Source: a phage | Length of the DNA: 48,646 nucleotides | Direction: 5' to 3' (one strand) | Sequence record: NC_136441.1 | Part shown: piece after piece, positions 20,114 to 29,482 of the stretch | Layout: every line of letters starts with the position of its first letter | How positions within the stretch are numbered: position 1 is the first letter of the stretch | Notes under the pieces: generated by a model | What the model was told of the DNA's origin: nothing | Database searches by the model: none | Seen by the model: only the letters and a program-made list of their open reading frames with translations | Made by a program: the position numbers and the translations under genes

Positions 20114-20164
20114 AAAATATCTATATAATACATACACTTAAAGAATAATTATTATTATATATCT
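20114..20164 (+). repeat. AT-rich conserved element, copy A (AAAATATCTATATAATACAT-N11-ATAATTATTATTATATATCT)
   Basis: identical arms to copy B at 40917..40967 (same 51-bp length); embedded in a 325-bp non-coding AT-rich region. Confidence 0.8.
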
Positions 20165-20397
20165 CTATTTGTATTCTTATTGTTTCTATTGTTCTCTATG
20201 GTTTGGTGTGGTTGTGTGTTTTGGATTGGTTAATGGTTATATATCTCATGGTATATATTTATATATGGTATCCGGCGCAAATGCGTGAACAATGGAACAC
20301 TAAAACAACAATCAATATAATCATAAACTTACGATGTGATTTTGTTGTCAGTTCCTACTTTGAACGTATGTAAAACAAAAAGAACACATAAAGGCTA

Positions 20398-20425
20398 TTG
20401 ACTACATGAAACATTCGCATATAAT
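20398..20425 (+). promoter_or_regulatory. strong sigma70-like promoter for the recombination operon
   Basis: TTGACT-N16-TATAAT about 30 nt upstream of SD/ATG at 20454. Confidence 0.6.
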
Positions 20426-20453
20426 GCAGACATACCAACGAGAGGATGACAAA

Positions 20454-21509
20454 ATGAGCGATTTTAAAGTTTACACCTTTGACCAGTTAACCAACGATGA
20501 ATATCACGATCCGAAAGGCTGGGCGGCTGAATACGTTAGCGGTTCAAGCCTGGCAGAAATCTTTGCAACTTGTCCGGCTGCATGGAAGTACAAGCCACGC
20601 GAAGAAACAAAGGCGCTTACTTTCGGTACGCAGTCACACACAAACTTCCAGAGTAGTGAGCTATTCGCAAAAGAGTACCGCAGAGCGCCAGCGCCGGAAG
20701 ATTATGAAAACCTGATTACAAGCCAGGCAGCATTGGCAGCGAAATTAAAATCTTTTGGCCTGACTGGTACAAGCGGGAAAACGTATCCAGATCTGATTAA
20801 GATGATGGTTGATTGTGGTGAGGATCTTAATGTTCAGTGGCTGATTGAAATGATCGCAGAGAGCCAAGCGCGATCTGATAACGTTGAATTGGTTCCGGCT
20901 AAAGATTACGACGCTTGCGTTACCATGCGCCGCGTACTGGAAAACATACCGGAACACAACGCTTGCATGAATAGCCCAACAGCACAACGCGAGCTATCAA
21001 TTTTCGGCACTATCAAAGGCGTGAAAGTCAAAGTAAGGATTGACCATGTTGATATTTGCAAGGATGTGCTTGCAACAGTGATTTCCGGCTATGATGGTGA
21101 TGGTAATCCTGTATATAAAACAACGCGATTTGATGAAGCGATTGTGATCACGGATTATAAAACAACGTCAAGCGCTAACCCGTCAGAGTTTGCAAGGCTG
21201 GCATTCAATCACGGATACTACTTGAAAATGGCATTGCAGCATGACCTATTCAAGAAAGCGTATCCAGAAGAAACGCGCCCCGTAGTAGTCAGATTGCTGG
21301 CGCAGGAAAAGAAAGAGCCTTATTTACCGATTGCATACCGCATGACGGATGAACAATTGAAGATCGGACGGCTTCAATACATGAGTGTGATAAACCAGTT
21401 TGCAGAATGCCAGGCAAATGACAGTTGGCCTTCATACGCAAACGGAGAGCCTGAAATTGATCTTCAAACGCCTGATTGGGTACGCAGACAATACAAAGGT
21501 TTTTTATAA
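20454..21509 (+). CDS. PD-(D/E)XK-family nuclease (recombination exonuclease candidate)
   Basis: 351 aa from ATG 20454 (SD GAGAGGA); VRIDHVD ... VITDYKTT resembles a D...(D/E)XK core; first gene of operon with Erf and SSB; ORF-track start 20406 lies inside the promoter. Confidence 0.5.
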   Translation: MSDFKVYTFDQLTNDEYHDPKGWAAEYVSGSSLAEIFATCPAAWKYKPREETKALTFGTQSHTNFQSSELFAKEYRRAPAPEDYENLITSQAALAAKLKSFGLTGTSGKTYPDLIKMMVDCGEDLNVQWLIEMIAESQARSDNVELVPAKDYDACVTMRRVLENIPEHNACMNSPTAQRELSIFGTIKGVKVKVRIDHVDICKDVLATVISGYDGDGNPVYKTTRFDEAIVITDYKTTSSANPSEFARLAFNHGYYLKMALQHDLFKKAYPEETRPVVVRLLAQEKKEPYLPIAYRMTDEQLKIGRLQYMSVINQFAECQANDSWPSYANGEPEIDLQTPDWVRRQYKGFL

Positions 21510-21552
21510 ATAGCACTTTTTGCTAAAACAGCCATTCGATGCGTGGTATACT
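21510..21552 (+). promoter_or_regulatory. motif promoter (ATAGCACTTTTTGCTAAAAC + 21 nt + TATACT)
   Basis: conserved motif begins right after upstream stop; hairpin GATGCGTG/CACGCATC encloses the -10; upstream of gene 21585. Confidence 0.5.
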
Positions 21553-21584
21553 ACACGCATCAACAAACAAGAGAGGAAATAAAA

Positions 21585-21866
21585 ATGGAAAAGCAATTCA
21601 ACGAGCATGAAATCAAAGAAGTTCAGGATCACGTAGAAAAAGTCACCTCCGCACTTGCATTTACACAGCGTGAATTTTTAAAGGTGATTGATCCAAGTGA
21701 ATCGCTTGAAACTATGGCATACGTTCGCAAGGTTGCACATGCATTTGATAATGTAATTCTCACAATCTTTCAGCATGAAGATAATGAGCAATATAAAAAC
21801 ATGTTGCACCAAGCTAGTGAGGTAATGATCCAGAATTTGATTGATTACCATAATGAAGGTAAATAA
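21585..21866 (+). CDS. hypothetical protein
   Basis: 93 aa from ATG 21585, SD AGAGAGGA. Confidence 0.5.
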   Translation: MEKQFNEHEIKEVQDHVEKVTSALAFTQREFLKVIDPSESLETMAYVRKVAHAFDNVILTIFQHEDNEQYKNMLHQASEVMIQNLIDYHNEGK

Positions 21867-21922
21867 ACTCATTAATTAAATTGGCGGTGAAAGCCGCCTA
21901 ACCTATCAGCGGAGTGAATTAG

Positions 21923-22585
21923 ATGAAATTTTCAGAGCAAAACGCAAATGTGATTAAGGCATTGTTTGAGGCGCGTCAATTATTCACTAAAGTAAAAAAA
22001 GATAAGCAGAATACGCACCTTAAAAATAAATATGCAACGCTTGACAGTGTTCTTGATGCAATTATGCCTGGGCTTACTGATAAGGGTTTATTCCTTACAC
22101 AAGATCAGAAAGTCAGTGAAGATCTTAAATCAATGACTGTATTCACGCGATTCATTCATGTTGAATCAAACGAATGGGTAGAATATAGCTTCACGCTTCC
22201 AATGCAGAAATTAGATCCTCAAGGCGGCGGCTCAACAAATAGCTATGCTCGACGTTATGCGCTTTGCACTGCTTTAGGATTGGCAACGGCTGACGATGAC
22301 GCAAATCTTGCCACCAAAAACGCGCAGGATTGGAAAAAAGATCTTGATGCTTGCGATAACCTTACAGATCTGCAAGAGACGTTTAAAACGGCTTACAAGC
22401 AATCTGACGCAGCAAACCGCCGCATCATTAAAGAGCATTACGACAAGCTAAAAGCAAAAATGGAAATCGGAAATGCTCGCGGTTTTAATCCGGCAGCGCC
22501 AGCGGCTAATGTTGCGAAGAAGGAAAAGGTTGAAAACGAGCAGCAACAGGAAGTAAAATCTCAATCTATCACAGACTTTGAATAA
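21923..22585 (+). CDS. erf: Erf-like single-strand annealing protein
   Basis: 220 aa, SD GGAGTG; N-terminal region resembles ERF-family SSAPs; adjacent to nuclease and SSB. Confidence 0.6.
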   Translation: MKFSEQNANVIKALFEARQLFTKVKKDKQNTHLKNKYATLDSVLDAIMPGLTDKGLFLTQDQKVSEDLKSMTVFTRFIHVESNEWVEYSFTLPMQKLDPQGGGSTNSYARRYALCTALGLATADDDANLATKNAQDWKKDLDACDNLTDLQETFKTAYKQSDAANRRIIKEHYDKLKAKMEIGNARGFNPAAPAANVAKKEKVENEQQQEVKSQSITDFE

Positions 22586-22623
22586 ATTAACGTGGGGCGG
22601 TAACGCCCCAATAAGGATTAAGA

Positions 22624-23049
22624 ATGCACGTAATCACCGGAGAAATTCGCAAAGAGCCATTTGTAAAGCAAGGCGCAAACGGCACGTTATACATCGTTGA
22701 ATTAGCGGAATCGTATAAAGATCGTGAAGGTAATCGACAGTATACCAATTACAAGTTTTTCTTTAATGCCAAAAGCGACGGCATGAATAATTGGTATCGC
22801 GATGCGTTCCAGATCGGTAAGGTTGTTTCAGTATCGTGCGATCAGTTACGCATTGATAGCAACGAATACAACGGACAAATTTATAACACGCTAACAAGTG
22901 CTGGATTTGCTAACCTGCAATTTAGCCAGCGCGGGGAAGGTCAAGCACCACAACAGCAACGACCGCCTCAGCAACATCGACCACAGCAACAGCAAGCGCC
23001 ACAAAACAACGAGCCTCCAATGGATTTCGACGACGATATCCCATTCTGA
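22624..23049 (+). CDS. ssb: single-stranded DNA-binding protein
   Basis: 141 aa with Gln/Pro-rich linker and acidic C-terminal tail ending DDDIPF. Confidence 0.75.
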   Translation: MHVITGEIRKEPFVKQGANGTLYIVELAESYKDREGNRQYTNYKFFFNAKSDGMNNWYRDAFQIGKVVSVSCDQLRIDSNEYNGQIYNTLTSAGFANLQFSQRGEGQAPQQQRPPQQHRPQQQQAPQNNEPPMDFDDDIPF

Positions 23050-23053
23050 TAAA

Positions 23054-23084
23054 ATAAAACCCCGCAATGCGGGGTTTTTTATTA
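23054..23084. terminator. bidirectional rho-independent terminator between convergent genes
   Basis: AAAACCCCGC-AAT-GCGGGGTTTT flanked by A-run and T-run. Confidence 0.8.
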
Positions 23085-25253
23085 CTTAGTAAGCTGAACA
23101 AGCATTGCTTGCATTTCAGCAATTGCGGCTTTCATTTCTGCGATCTCGTTTTTCAACTCTTTAATTTCCTCCTGTTGAGCCTGAATAGTTTTATTCTGCT
23201 TATCTGAATCATCAATCATTTCATTGATCGCGTTAACCAAAAGAGCAGTAACACCGCCATAGCTAACACCTAAATATTCTGAATCTGAAATCTTGTAAAC
23301 CGCTTCCGGTAAAACAGTTTGCACGTCTTGAGCTATTACACCAGCCTCCTCCGAATAGAAAGAATATTCATCTTCATCAAGATTGTTGCGCTTAAAATAA
23401 GTGTAACCTTTTATTGATTTCACTTTTTCTTTAGCGCTTTCAATCTCTTTTAGGTTTGCTTTCAGGCGAATATCGGAAGTGTTAACCCATTGCACAGCAG
23501 ACGCATAACCAGCATCGTTAAACCCATAAACAGCGCCCCTTACATTAAAATGAGCCTCGCAACCTCCAGCGCCATATCTGGCAACATCTATACCAAAAGC
23601 CCAATCACCACCCCACCTTACAACCTTAACAACGTTAACGGCTACATCATCGCTTGGAAGTTCAACAAGCATACCAGCGGCGCGATCACGCCATGCAGTA
23701 AAAGCACCACCCTCAACATTTCCACCTATAAAGCAATTAGCGCCACCGCGTCTAACTCCTTCAACATAAGCGAATCTAGCATCTTCTGGAGCAAGTGATT
23801 GAATAGTTCTGTATGCAATATTGCCACTTTTTGTAAATGCAAACATCACTTGACTATCAGCAATTGCTTGAAGAATCCCATCTCCATTTTGCCTAAATCC
23901 AGTGTCTGTATCACCAATTACTAACGCATTACTTCCAAGCGCATTACCAATACCCCTACCGATAACTATTGAATTGTAATTTATCGCGTTACCGCTTTCA
24001 TCAAATTGATAATAGTTTGTATCACCTCCTTCCCTAGTGACTTGTATTGTTGTTTTTGCTAATCCACCTTGAATTTCGTTGTAAATTCTTGAGTATGAAA
24101 GCTGTACATCTTCTGGACTTTTGTTTATTAAATAAAGAATTCCAGATTTTGCAGAGTTTTTTTCTGTTAGTCTTATTCCTCTAAAAACAGGTATATCAGC
24201 CTCACCAATGCCAAAATTATTCCTTGCTTGGCTTACGTTTGCTGCACCTGTGCCGCCAGCACCAACAGAAAGAGCGGATGTGCTGTTATCGCTATTTCTT
24301 GCAACTCGCCACTCGCCGTTGTTTGCGATCCGTAATTCATAAGTCCATGCAGGGTTACGAAATGAGTTATAATCACCTGGATTTTGACCCTTAACTGAAT
24401 TAACAGCCTCAACTTTCAGCGCCTCCCTTGCTAAATCTTTATTAGCAAGATCATTAAGATTCTGATCCTTATGCAGAAGGTTTTCAGGGTTAACTTGTTG
24501 TGCCCATTGGCGAGCTTCATCACGCGCAGTTTCAGCGCCTTGTTTAGCGTTTCCGGCTGCAACGTTTGATTGTTCAGCGGCAAGTTGTGATTCCTTTGCT
24601 GCATCGCGAGCATTAACAGCCTCGTTTTTAATTGATCCAATTTCAGAAACGGCGCTATCTTTTATTTGTTGCGTCTGCGTTTTTATTGCGTCAGTGTCTG
24701 CCTTAATCTGATTGGTTTCATTGACGGCAGCATCCTTAATCTGTTGAGTCTCAGATACAGCAGCATCCTTAATCTGTTGAGTCTCAGATACAGCAGAATC
24801 CTTAATCTGTTGCGTTTCATTTTTTAGTTGCTCAGTTGCCGCTTTGTCGTTTGCTACCTGTTGAGCATCAGCATTAACCTTGTTAACTAAATCTTGCAAT
24901 GTTTTCAGATCGAAGTTTTTAAAGAATTCAATTGCTTCCTCAATTACCGTTTCTTTACTTTGGTAATAACGCAGCGTTTCCGCTACATCTTGCGCCATTC
25001 CATCGACAGTTAGCGAGTCATTCAACAGGATCACATAATTTCCGTTTGCTACTTGCTCGCCGTCAGTCTGGATCGCTTTCATTTCCGTGTCGCTTACAAT
25101 ATCGCTGATAACCGCCAGCTTTAAAGGCGTGGTTAAAAAAACGATTGTTGCGCCAGTGCGAATAAGAGAAAGCGGCTCACGCCATTTTGTGCCAGTACCA
25201 GTGATAACGCCTTGTGCGTCCATTGCAGCCGTACCAGTGCGATATAAAGCCAT
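23082..25253 (-). CDS. tail fiber with C-terminal intramolecular chaperone (peptidase S74-like) domain
   Basis: 723 aa; C-terminal [15 protein letters not shown] autoproteolysis-type motif and coiled coil; internal 11-aa repeats. Confidence 0.75.
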   Translation of the reverse strand: MALYRTGTAAMDAQGVITGTGTKWREPLSLIRTGATIVFLTTPLKLAVISDIVSDTEMKAIQTDGEQVANGNYVILLNDSLTVDGMAQDVAETLRYYQSKETVIEEAIEFFKNFDLKTLQDLVNKVNADAQQVANDKAATEQLKNETQQIKDSAVSETQQIKDAAVSETQQIKDAAVNETNQIKADTDAIKTQTQQIKDSAVSEIGSIKNEAVNARDAAKESQLAAEQSNVAAGNAKQGAETARDEARQWAQQVNPENLLHKDQNLNDLANKDLAREALKVEAVNSVKGQNPGDYNSFRNPAWTYELRIANNGEWRVARNSDNSTSALSVGAGGTGAANVSQARNNFGIGEADIPVFRGIRLTEKNSAKSGILYLINKSPEDVQLSYSRIYNEIQGGLAKTTIQVTREGGDTNYYQFDESGNAINYNSIVIGRGIGNALGSNALVIGDTDTGFRQNGDGILQAIADSQVMFAFTKSGNIAYRTIQSLAPEDARFAYVEGVRRGGANCFIGGNVEGGAFTAWRDRAAGMLVELPSDDVAVNVVKVVRWGGDWAFGIDVARYGAGGCEAHFNVRGAVYGFNDAGYASAVQWVNTSDIRLKANLKEIESAKEKVKSIKGYTYFKRNNLDEDEYSFYSEEAGVIAQDVQTVLPEAVYKISDSEYLGVSYGGVTALLVNAINEMIDDSDKQNKTIQAQQEEIKELKNEIAEMKAAIAEMQAMLVQLTK
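24695..24826 (-). repeat. in-frame 33-bp tandem coding repeats within tail fiber gene (about 4 copies)
   Basis: CAGCATCCTTAATCTGTTGAGTCTCAGATACAG repeated at 24728..24760 and 24761..24793 with degenerate flanking copies; encodes [11 protein letters not shown] repeats. Confidence 0.8.
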
Positions 25254-25294
25254 AATTTCACCTCATAGCATTTTTTGTTAAAATAGGTCATGTA

Positions 25295-25323
25295 ATTATG
25301 CTACAGCCATTTGTTACATGCAA
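25295..25323 (-). promoter_or_regulatory. sigma70-like promoter for tail fiber gene
   Basis: minus strand TTGCAT-N17-CATAAT; leader holds a reverse-oriented degenerate motif copy (25265..25284) just upstream of SD GAGGTG. Confidence 0.4.
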
Positions 25324-25346
25324 TAAAAAACCCCGCCGAAGCGGGG
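25324..25346 (-). terminator. rho-independent terminator (minus strand) after primase gene
   Basis: CCCCGC-TTCG-GCGGGG followed on minus strand by TTTTTTATTG. Confidence 0.7.
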
Positions 25347-25417
25347 CATCGTTAACGACAACGAGAAAGTCAATGAGCATGAGCCATCGAAAAGAAGTAT
25401 CAGTAGCAAGGTGAATA

Positions 25418-26344
25418 TTATAATAAGTCACTTGCCTTGTAAAGCATCCGCTCTATTCCATTTTTGAATTTTCCGTTAATTGGTAACATAACGTCTAATT
25501 CCCTTTCATCGGCTGCAATAATAGTTTCCTTGTCATCCTTATGGCAAACAACGCGCATTTTGCGATCTCCTTTGTACCTGTATGCTACAATTTCAAGATT
25601 TGATGCAGAGAAACAAGCCCATACTTCTTGTCCCGTCGCTAGGTGGATATGTTGCGCATCAATCCAATCAACGCAAAGATAGATCGTCTTATCAGTCTTG
25701 CCAGTTACTGCAACAGAGCCTCGCGTATAATCCTTAGCGTAAAAACTGCTTTGACCTTCCTCATTGACGAAAAGAATATTACACATATCATCGTCCAATT
25801 CATCACTATGCACTAGGTGGCAAGGAATGGCGTGAATATGTTCGCAGTATCCGTTGTCGTGAGTTTTTACGCCAACTTGATATGATTCACCATCTAACGG
25901 ATAAAACGCCTCAAAAACGCTTAGATTTGTTATTTCCATGCTTTCGGTTTTGCTCATAACATCAACGCATTTTTCGTGTGGCGCTTGAGATCCGAAACTA
26001 TAACCAGAATCACGCTTTGCCGCTTTGTTAGCCTTGTTGACAACCTCAACCGGAACCAGGTTTAACCATTCTCCTAGCGTGTCGATTGCTTCACTGTAAT
26101 TTTCACCACGGATACGCATGAATAATCCGATCCCTGAATCATTTCCGCACTGGTTGCAGATGTTCCCGCCGTCGCCTTTCTCGTTGATTTTATCAGTCCA
26201 GCGAAAGCGATCCTTACCTCCGCAATAAGGGCAAGGTTGATGTTTGCCGTTGAATGTTAATTGAGGAATATCACAAAGTTTCATCAATGCCGCTTGCCAC
26301 ATTCCGCGCATCTTTGGGATCACTTCTTCTTTCTGGTAATGCAT
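25418..26344 (-). CDS. DNA primase (P4-type zinc-ribbon N-terminus)
   Basis: 308 aa; CPYCGGKDRFRW...CNQCGN zinc ribbon; SD GGAGG; between tail fiber and helicase region. Confidence 0.5.
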   Translation of the reverse strand: MHYQKEEVIPKMRGMWQAALMKLCDIPQLTFNGKHQPCPYCGGKDRFRWTDKINEKGDGGNICNQCGNDSGIGLFMRIRGENYSEAIDTLGEWLNLVPVEVVNKANKAAKRDSGYSFGSQAPHEKCVDVMSKTESMEITNLSVFEAFYPLDGESYQVGVKTHDNGYCEHIHAIPCHLVHSDELDDDMCNILFVNEEGQSSFYAKDYTRGSVAVTGKTDKTIYLCVDWIDAQHIHLATGQEVWACFSASNLEIVAYRYKGDRKMRVVCHKDDKETIIAADERELDVMLPINGKFKNGIERMLYKASDLL

Positions 26345-26375
26345 TTCTCAACCTCCAAATAAAAAGCCTGGCACG

Positions 26376-26420
26376 ATGATAAACCATGCCAGGCTATAAT
26401 TTTTAGCAATCAGTGCTATC
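26376..26420 (-). promoter_or_regulatory. motif promoter (ATAGCACTGATTGCTAA + 22 nt + TATCAT) upstream of primase
   Basis: motif overlaps last codons/stop of HTH gene; -10 sits in loop of hairpin 26366..26394, which is followed by a T-run (also terminator-like). Confidence 0.45.
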
Positions 26421-27011
26421 CATAGTGATGACAACTTTCTTTTTCTGATTGGCTTCCTTTGCTTTCCTGCGTTCTTCTTTCGCCTTGTCTCGTTCAGCCT
26501 TGCGCCGCGCTTTCTCCTTCTCGCGTTCTTCTGGTGGCATTGACCGCAACGGATCGTAAGGCCGCACAAATCCGCGCGCCTCCGCTTCTTCTTTTGTGAC
26601 AAATCGCATGAGCTTTCTGTTGCTGCAACGATTCTCTAATGGCTTGCCGTTGTTGTCAAAGCGCAAATCTGGACGGCAATATGAAGCGCGGAAGCCGTTA
26701 AAACCTTTGCGGCGGTAATCCTTTTGGATCAGTTCAGCGCCTTTAGCTGAAATCATGCCGCGCTCTTTCCATCCCCACACTGTTTTAAGGTTAACGCCAA
26801 TCTCACGCGCCAACGCAGCACAGCCGCCATAAGCGCTAACCACCTCATCAAGCCTCGCTTTTAATCCTGCCCTTACTTCTTCCTTTAGTACCAGATAACC
26901 GCTAACAGGTGCGCGGCGCTTCCGGTCTTTACCACGCCTTACGCCGTTGTTACCATTGATTGTGCGTTTGTCGATTTCGCCCGTTGAGGCCGCAATTTTG
27001 ATTTCGCTCAT
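26403..27011 (-). CDS. helix-turn-helix DNA-binding protein (candidate transcription regulator)
   Basis: 202 aa; HTH-like GGCAALAREIGVNLKTVWGW; highly basic Lys/Arg/Glu C-terminal tail; SD AGGTGA. Confidence 0.5.
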   Translation of the reverse strand: MSEIKIAASTGEIDKRTINGNNGVRRGKDRKRRAPVSGYLVLKEEVRAGLKARLDEVVSAYGGCAALAREIGVNLKTVWGWKERGMISAKGAELIQKDYRRKGFNGFRASYCRPDLRFDNNGKPLENRCSNRKLMRFVTKEEAEARGFVRPYDPLRSMPPEEREKEKARRKAERDKAKEERRKAKEANQKKKVVITMDSTDC

Positions 27012-27021
27012 ATTTTCACCT

Positions 27022-27064
27022 ATAGCACTTTTTGCTAAAAAACTTGATTAAGTTTGTGTATGAT
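27022..27064 (+). promoter_or_regulatory. motif promoter (ATAGCACTTTTTGCTAAAAA + 21 nt + TATGAT) upstream of helicase
   Basis: motif, -10-like hexamer, hairpin ATGCC/GGCAT, then SD AAAGGA and ATG 27100. Confidence 0.5.
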
Positions 27065-27088
27065 ATGCCGCAAATGGCATTTAGTCAA
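27060..27088 (-). promoter_or_regulatory. sigma70-like promoter for HTH gene, overlapping the divergent helicase promoter
   Basis: minus strand TTGACT-N17-TATCAT; leader contains the reverse complement of the conserved motif. Confidence 0.45.
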
Positions 27089-27099
27089 AAGGATAAAAA

Positions 27100-29073
27100 A
27101 TGATTCCTAACATTGAAAAGCAGATTGCAGATCTTGGAGAGGAAAGGATTAAGGCAATCCAGAAGCGTTTCACGGTTGGTGAGATTGTCCCGTATGAATA
27201 CCAATGCGTTGCTTACGCTGAAATTGCAAAGCGCTTGAGTAAGTATGTTGATCCGTTTTTCGTTAAAGCGGCGGTGTCGGCAGGTAAAACAATCATCTTT
27301 GCTATGGTTGCGGCTCAGTGCAGGAAAATGGGATTGAAAGCGTTATTTCTGGCGCGTCAATCTGAAATTGTGGATCAGGATTCAAAAGAGATTAGCGCCT
27401 TTGGTGTTCCGAATTCCGTTTATTGCGCTGGCCTGAATACCAAAAGCGCTTATTTCCCGATTGTTGTAGGATCGGAAGGTACTGTAATTGGCGGATTGAA
27501 TAAGGCGTTAGGTGATTACGTCCCACAGGTTTTAGGTATAGATGAATGTCATCAAGTCAACTGGAATGACATTGTTGAAGCCGAGGAAAACGGAGAAAGC
27601 ATAGAGCAGATGATGACGCCGAAAGGTGAACCAGTTGAAGGCAATCCGTTGCTGATTGGTTCAGGCCGCGCACAATACACCATTATCATTGCAGAAATGC
27701 GCCGCCGTTGTCTTGAGACTTACGGTCATCAGTTGCGTATATTTGGAATGACCGGATCGGAATATCGCGGAATTGAGCCGATACTTGTCGAAGATAAAAG
27801 AATTCCTGGGTTTTGGCGTGAGCAGATCACAAACATTGATACTGATTACCTGGTAAAATTTGGTTCAGTTGTTCCCACTTATTTTGGCAATGTTGGTGAT
27901 TTGGGTTACGACTTATCAGAATTTACGCCAGTGAATGAATTTGGCGTTGCTGATTATGACCAGAAGCAATTAAAGGCCATGAGTGACAAGATTCACCAAT
28001 CAGGAACCATGACGCAGAAAATAATGCAGATGGTTCACGAGGTGATGAAAAACCGCTTGTGCGCTCTTGTTACTTGCGCTGACGAAAGGCACTGCAAAGA
28101 GGCAGCGGCGGCGCTTCCGTCTGGCACGAAATATCACATTATTACCGGAAAAACTGGAGAGAAACAGCGGCGCTTATGGCTTGAGGATGCATATGAAGGG
28201 CGCGTTAAATACATCTTCCAGGTTCAGGCGCTAACAACTGGCGTTAACGTTCCGCCGTGGGATACTTCTGTGATTTTGCGTAAGATCGGAAGCCTGACGC
28301 TATTAACTCAGCTTTTGGGGCGTGGTATGCGTCAATTAAAAACATACCATAAAGAAGTATTGGGAATGCACAAAACAGATCACCTTGTTTTAGATTTTTC
28401 CGGCACGATGTTTGAAATGGGTAATTTGTATTTCGATCCTATGCTTGAGCAAGCGCAATTCCAGTTGCGTAAATCGCAGGATAAAGATCCGAAATTTTGC
28501 CCGATTTGCGGAACGGAAAATTCATTCTATGCGCGGCGTTGCATTAATGAAGATGAAAACGGAAATCGTTGTGAGCACTTTTGGACGTTTCAAACGTGTG
28601 AGGATCAGATTGATGGCCGCACAAAGAAAATAACGGTAAAAGGTTGTGGTGCTAAAAATGACGTTGCGGCGCGTGTATGCCGTTGCTGTAATGTTCAGTT
28701 ACGTGATCCAAATGATAATTTATCCGGCAAGATGTACCGCAAAAATGATTGGTGCGACGTGTTAGATTTTAATGTGACGCTGACAAAAAACCAGGCTGGC
28801 GTAATATTCTGCTACACGTTGCGCGATAGTGGCGGCGTAGAATTCAGGGCATACGAAAAATATTTCCCTGAATCAGAACACAAGATATGCAAAACGCTTT
28901 GGACAAAGGCTGTTAGAACACACGTTATAGATCGCCAGGCTGCAAACTATATGATAACTTGCCGCAACGCAATTAAGATCATGAGTTATGCGGGGCAAAT
29001 ATTGCCACCGAAGCGCGTTACGCATCGCAAGAACACAAAGAAAGAAGATTTAATAGCACAGAAGGAATTTTAA
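27100..29073 (+). CDS. SF2 DEAD/DEAH-box-type helicase with C-terminal Cys-rich zinc-finger region
   Basis: 657 aa; Walker A AVSAGKT, DEAH-like GIDECHQ, several CxxC pairs near C-terminus. Confidence 0.8.
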   Translation: MIPNIEKQIADLGEERIKAIQKRFTVGEIVPYEYQCVAYAEIAKRLSKYVDPFFVKAAVSAGKTIIFAMVAAQCRKMGLKALFLARQSEIVDQDSKEISAFGVPNSVYCAGLNTKSAYFPIVVGSEGTVIGGLNKALGDYVPQVLGIDECHQVNWNDIVEAEENGESIEQMMTPKGEPVEGNPLLIGSGRAQYTIIIAEMRRRCLETYGHQLRIFGMTGSEYRGIEPILVEDKRIPGFWREQITNIDTDYLVKFGSVVPTYFGNVGDLGYDLSEFTPVNEFGVADYDQKQLKAMSDKIHQSGTMTQKIMQMVHEVMKNRLCALVTCADERHCKEAAAALPSGTKYHIITGKTGEKQRRLWLEDAYEGRVKYIFQVQALTTGVNVPPWDTSVILRKIGSLTLLTQLLGRGMRQLKTYHKEVLGMHKTDHLVLDFSGTMFEMGNLYFDPMLEQAQFQLRKSQDKDPKFCPICGTENSFYARRCINEDENGNRCEHFWTFQTCEDQIDGRTKKITVKGCGAKNDVAARVCRCCNVQLRDPNDNLSGKMYRKNDWCDVLDFNVTLTKNQAGVIFCYTLRDSGGVEFRAYEKYFPESEHKICKTLWTKAVRTHVIDRQAANYMITCRNAIKIMSYAGQILPPKRVTHRKNTKKEDLIAQKEF

Positions 29074-29074
29074 T

Positions 29075-29482
29075 ATGGTTATTGATAAAGGCGATTATCT
29101 GGAGTATTACGACAAGTCAGATCCAGACGATAGGAAGGAGGAATCGCACCAGGTTGATTCTTATTCATGGCTAACATATGAGTTTCCCATGTGGCTTGTT
29201 TGGCACACTAAAAACGAGGGGAAGAAAACCATAGGCACAGCCGTAAAGGATCAGCAAGCGGGTGTGAAGAAGGGAGTTAGCGACATTCTAATCCTGACTG
29301 GTTTTATTGGCTGCAAGTATTCATTTATAGCCATTGAGCTTAAACGCGCCAACAAGAAAGGCACGAAGGTAAGCGACGAACAAAAGGAATTCTTGCGACG
29401 TGTCAGAGAGTGCGGAGGGTTTGCCGCCGTATGCTATGGAGTAGAGCAAGTAAAATTGGCTATCGCAGACGCTACAAAATAG
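29075..29482 (+). CDS. VRR-NUC domain nuclease
   Basis: 135 aa; D...E.K-type core (SDILIL ... IAIELKRA) typical of VRR-NUC; immediately downstream of helicase. Confidence 0.55.
   Translation: MVIDKGDYLEYYDKSDPDDRKEESHQVDSYSWLTYEFPMWLVWHTKNEGKKTIGTAVKDQQAGVKKGVSDILILTGFIGCKYSFIAIELKRANKKGTKVSDEQKEFLRRVRECGGFAAVCYGVEQVKLAIADATK

Noticed and set aside
20081-20405. AT-rich non-coding region as an insertion sequence or MITE-like mobile element
   Set aside because: No terminal inverted repeats, target-site duplication or transposase; the shared 51-bp element occurs only twice and in direct orientation inside regulatory regions.
20406-20453. N-terminal extension of the nuclease ORF (track start 20406)
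   Set aside because: The extension overlaps the TTGACT-N16-TATAAT promoter, and a strong SD precedes ATG 20454.
21538-21561. Intergenic hairpins as ordinary rho-independent terminators
   Set aside because: Most motif-associated hairpins lack a downstream U-tract (only 30821..30844 and 26366..26394 have one), so they were not listed as terminators.
24695-24826. Possible CRISPR-like repeat array (33-bp tandem repeats)
   Set aside because: Repeats are directly tandem with no spacers, lie in frame inside the tail fiber gene and encode an 11-aa repeat; no cas genes anywhere in the window.
26348-26602. 84-aa minus-strand ORF overlapping the HTH gene
   Set aside because: Out-of-frame overlap with the better-supported HTH ORF; Arg/Lys-rich translation mirrors the basic tail of that protein in another frame; no independent SD.
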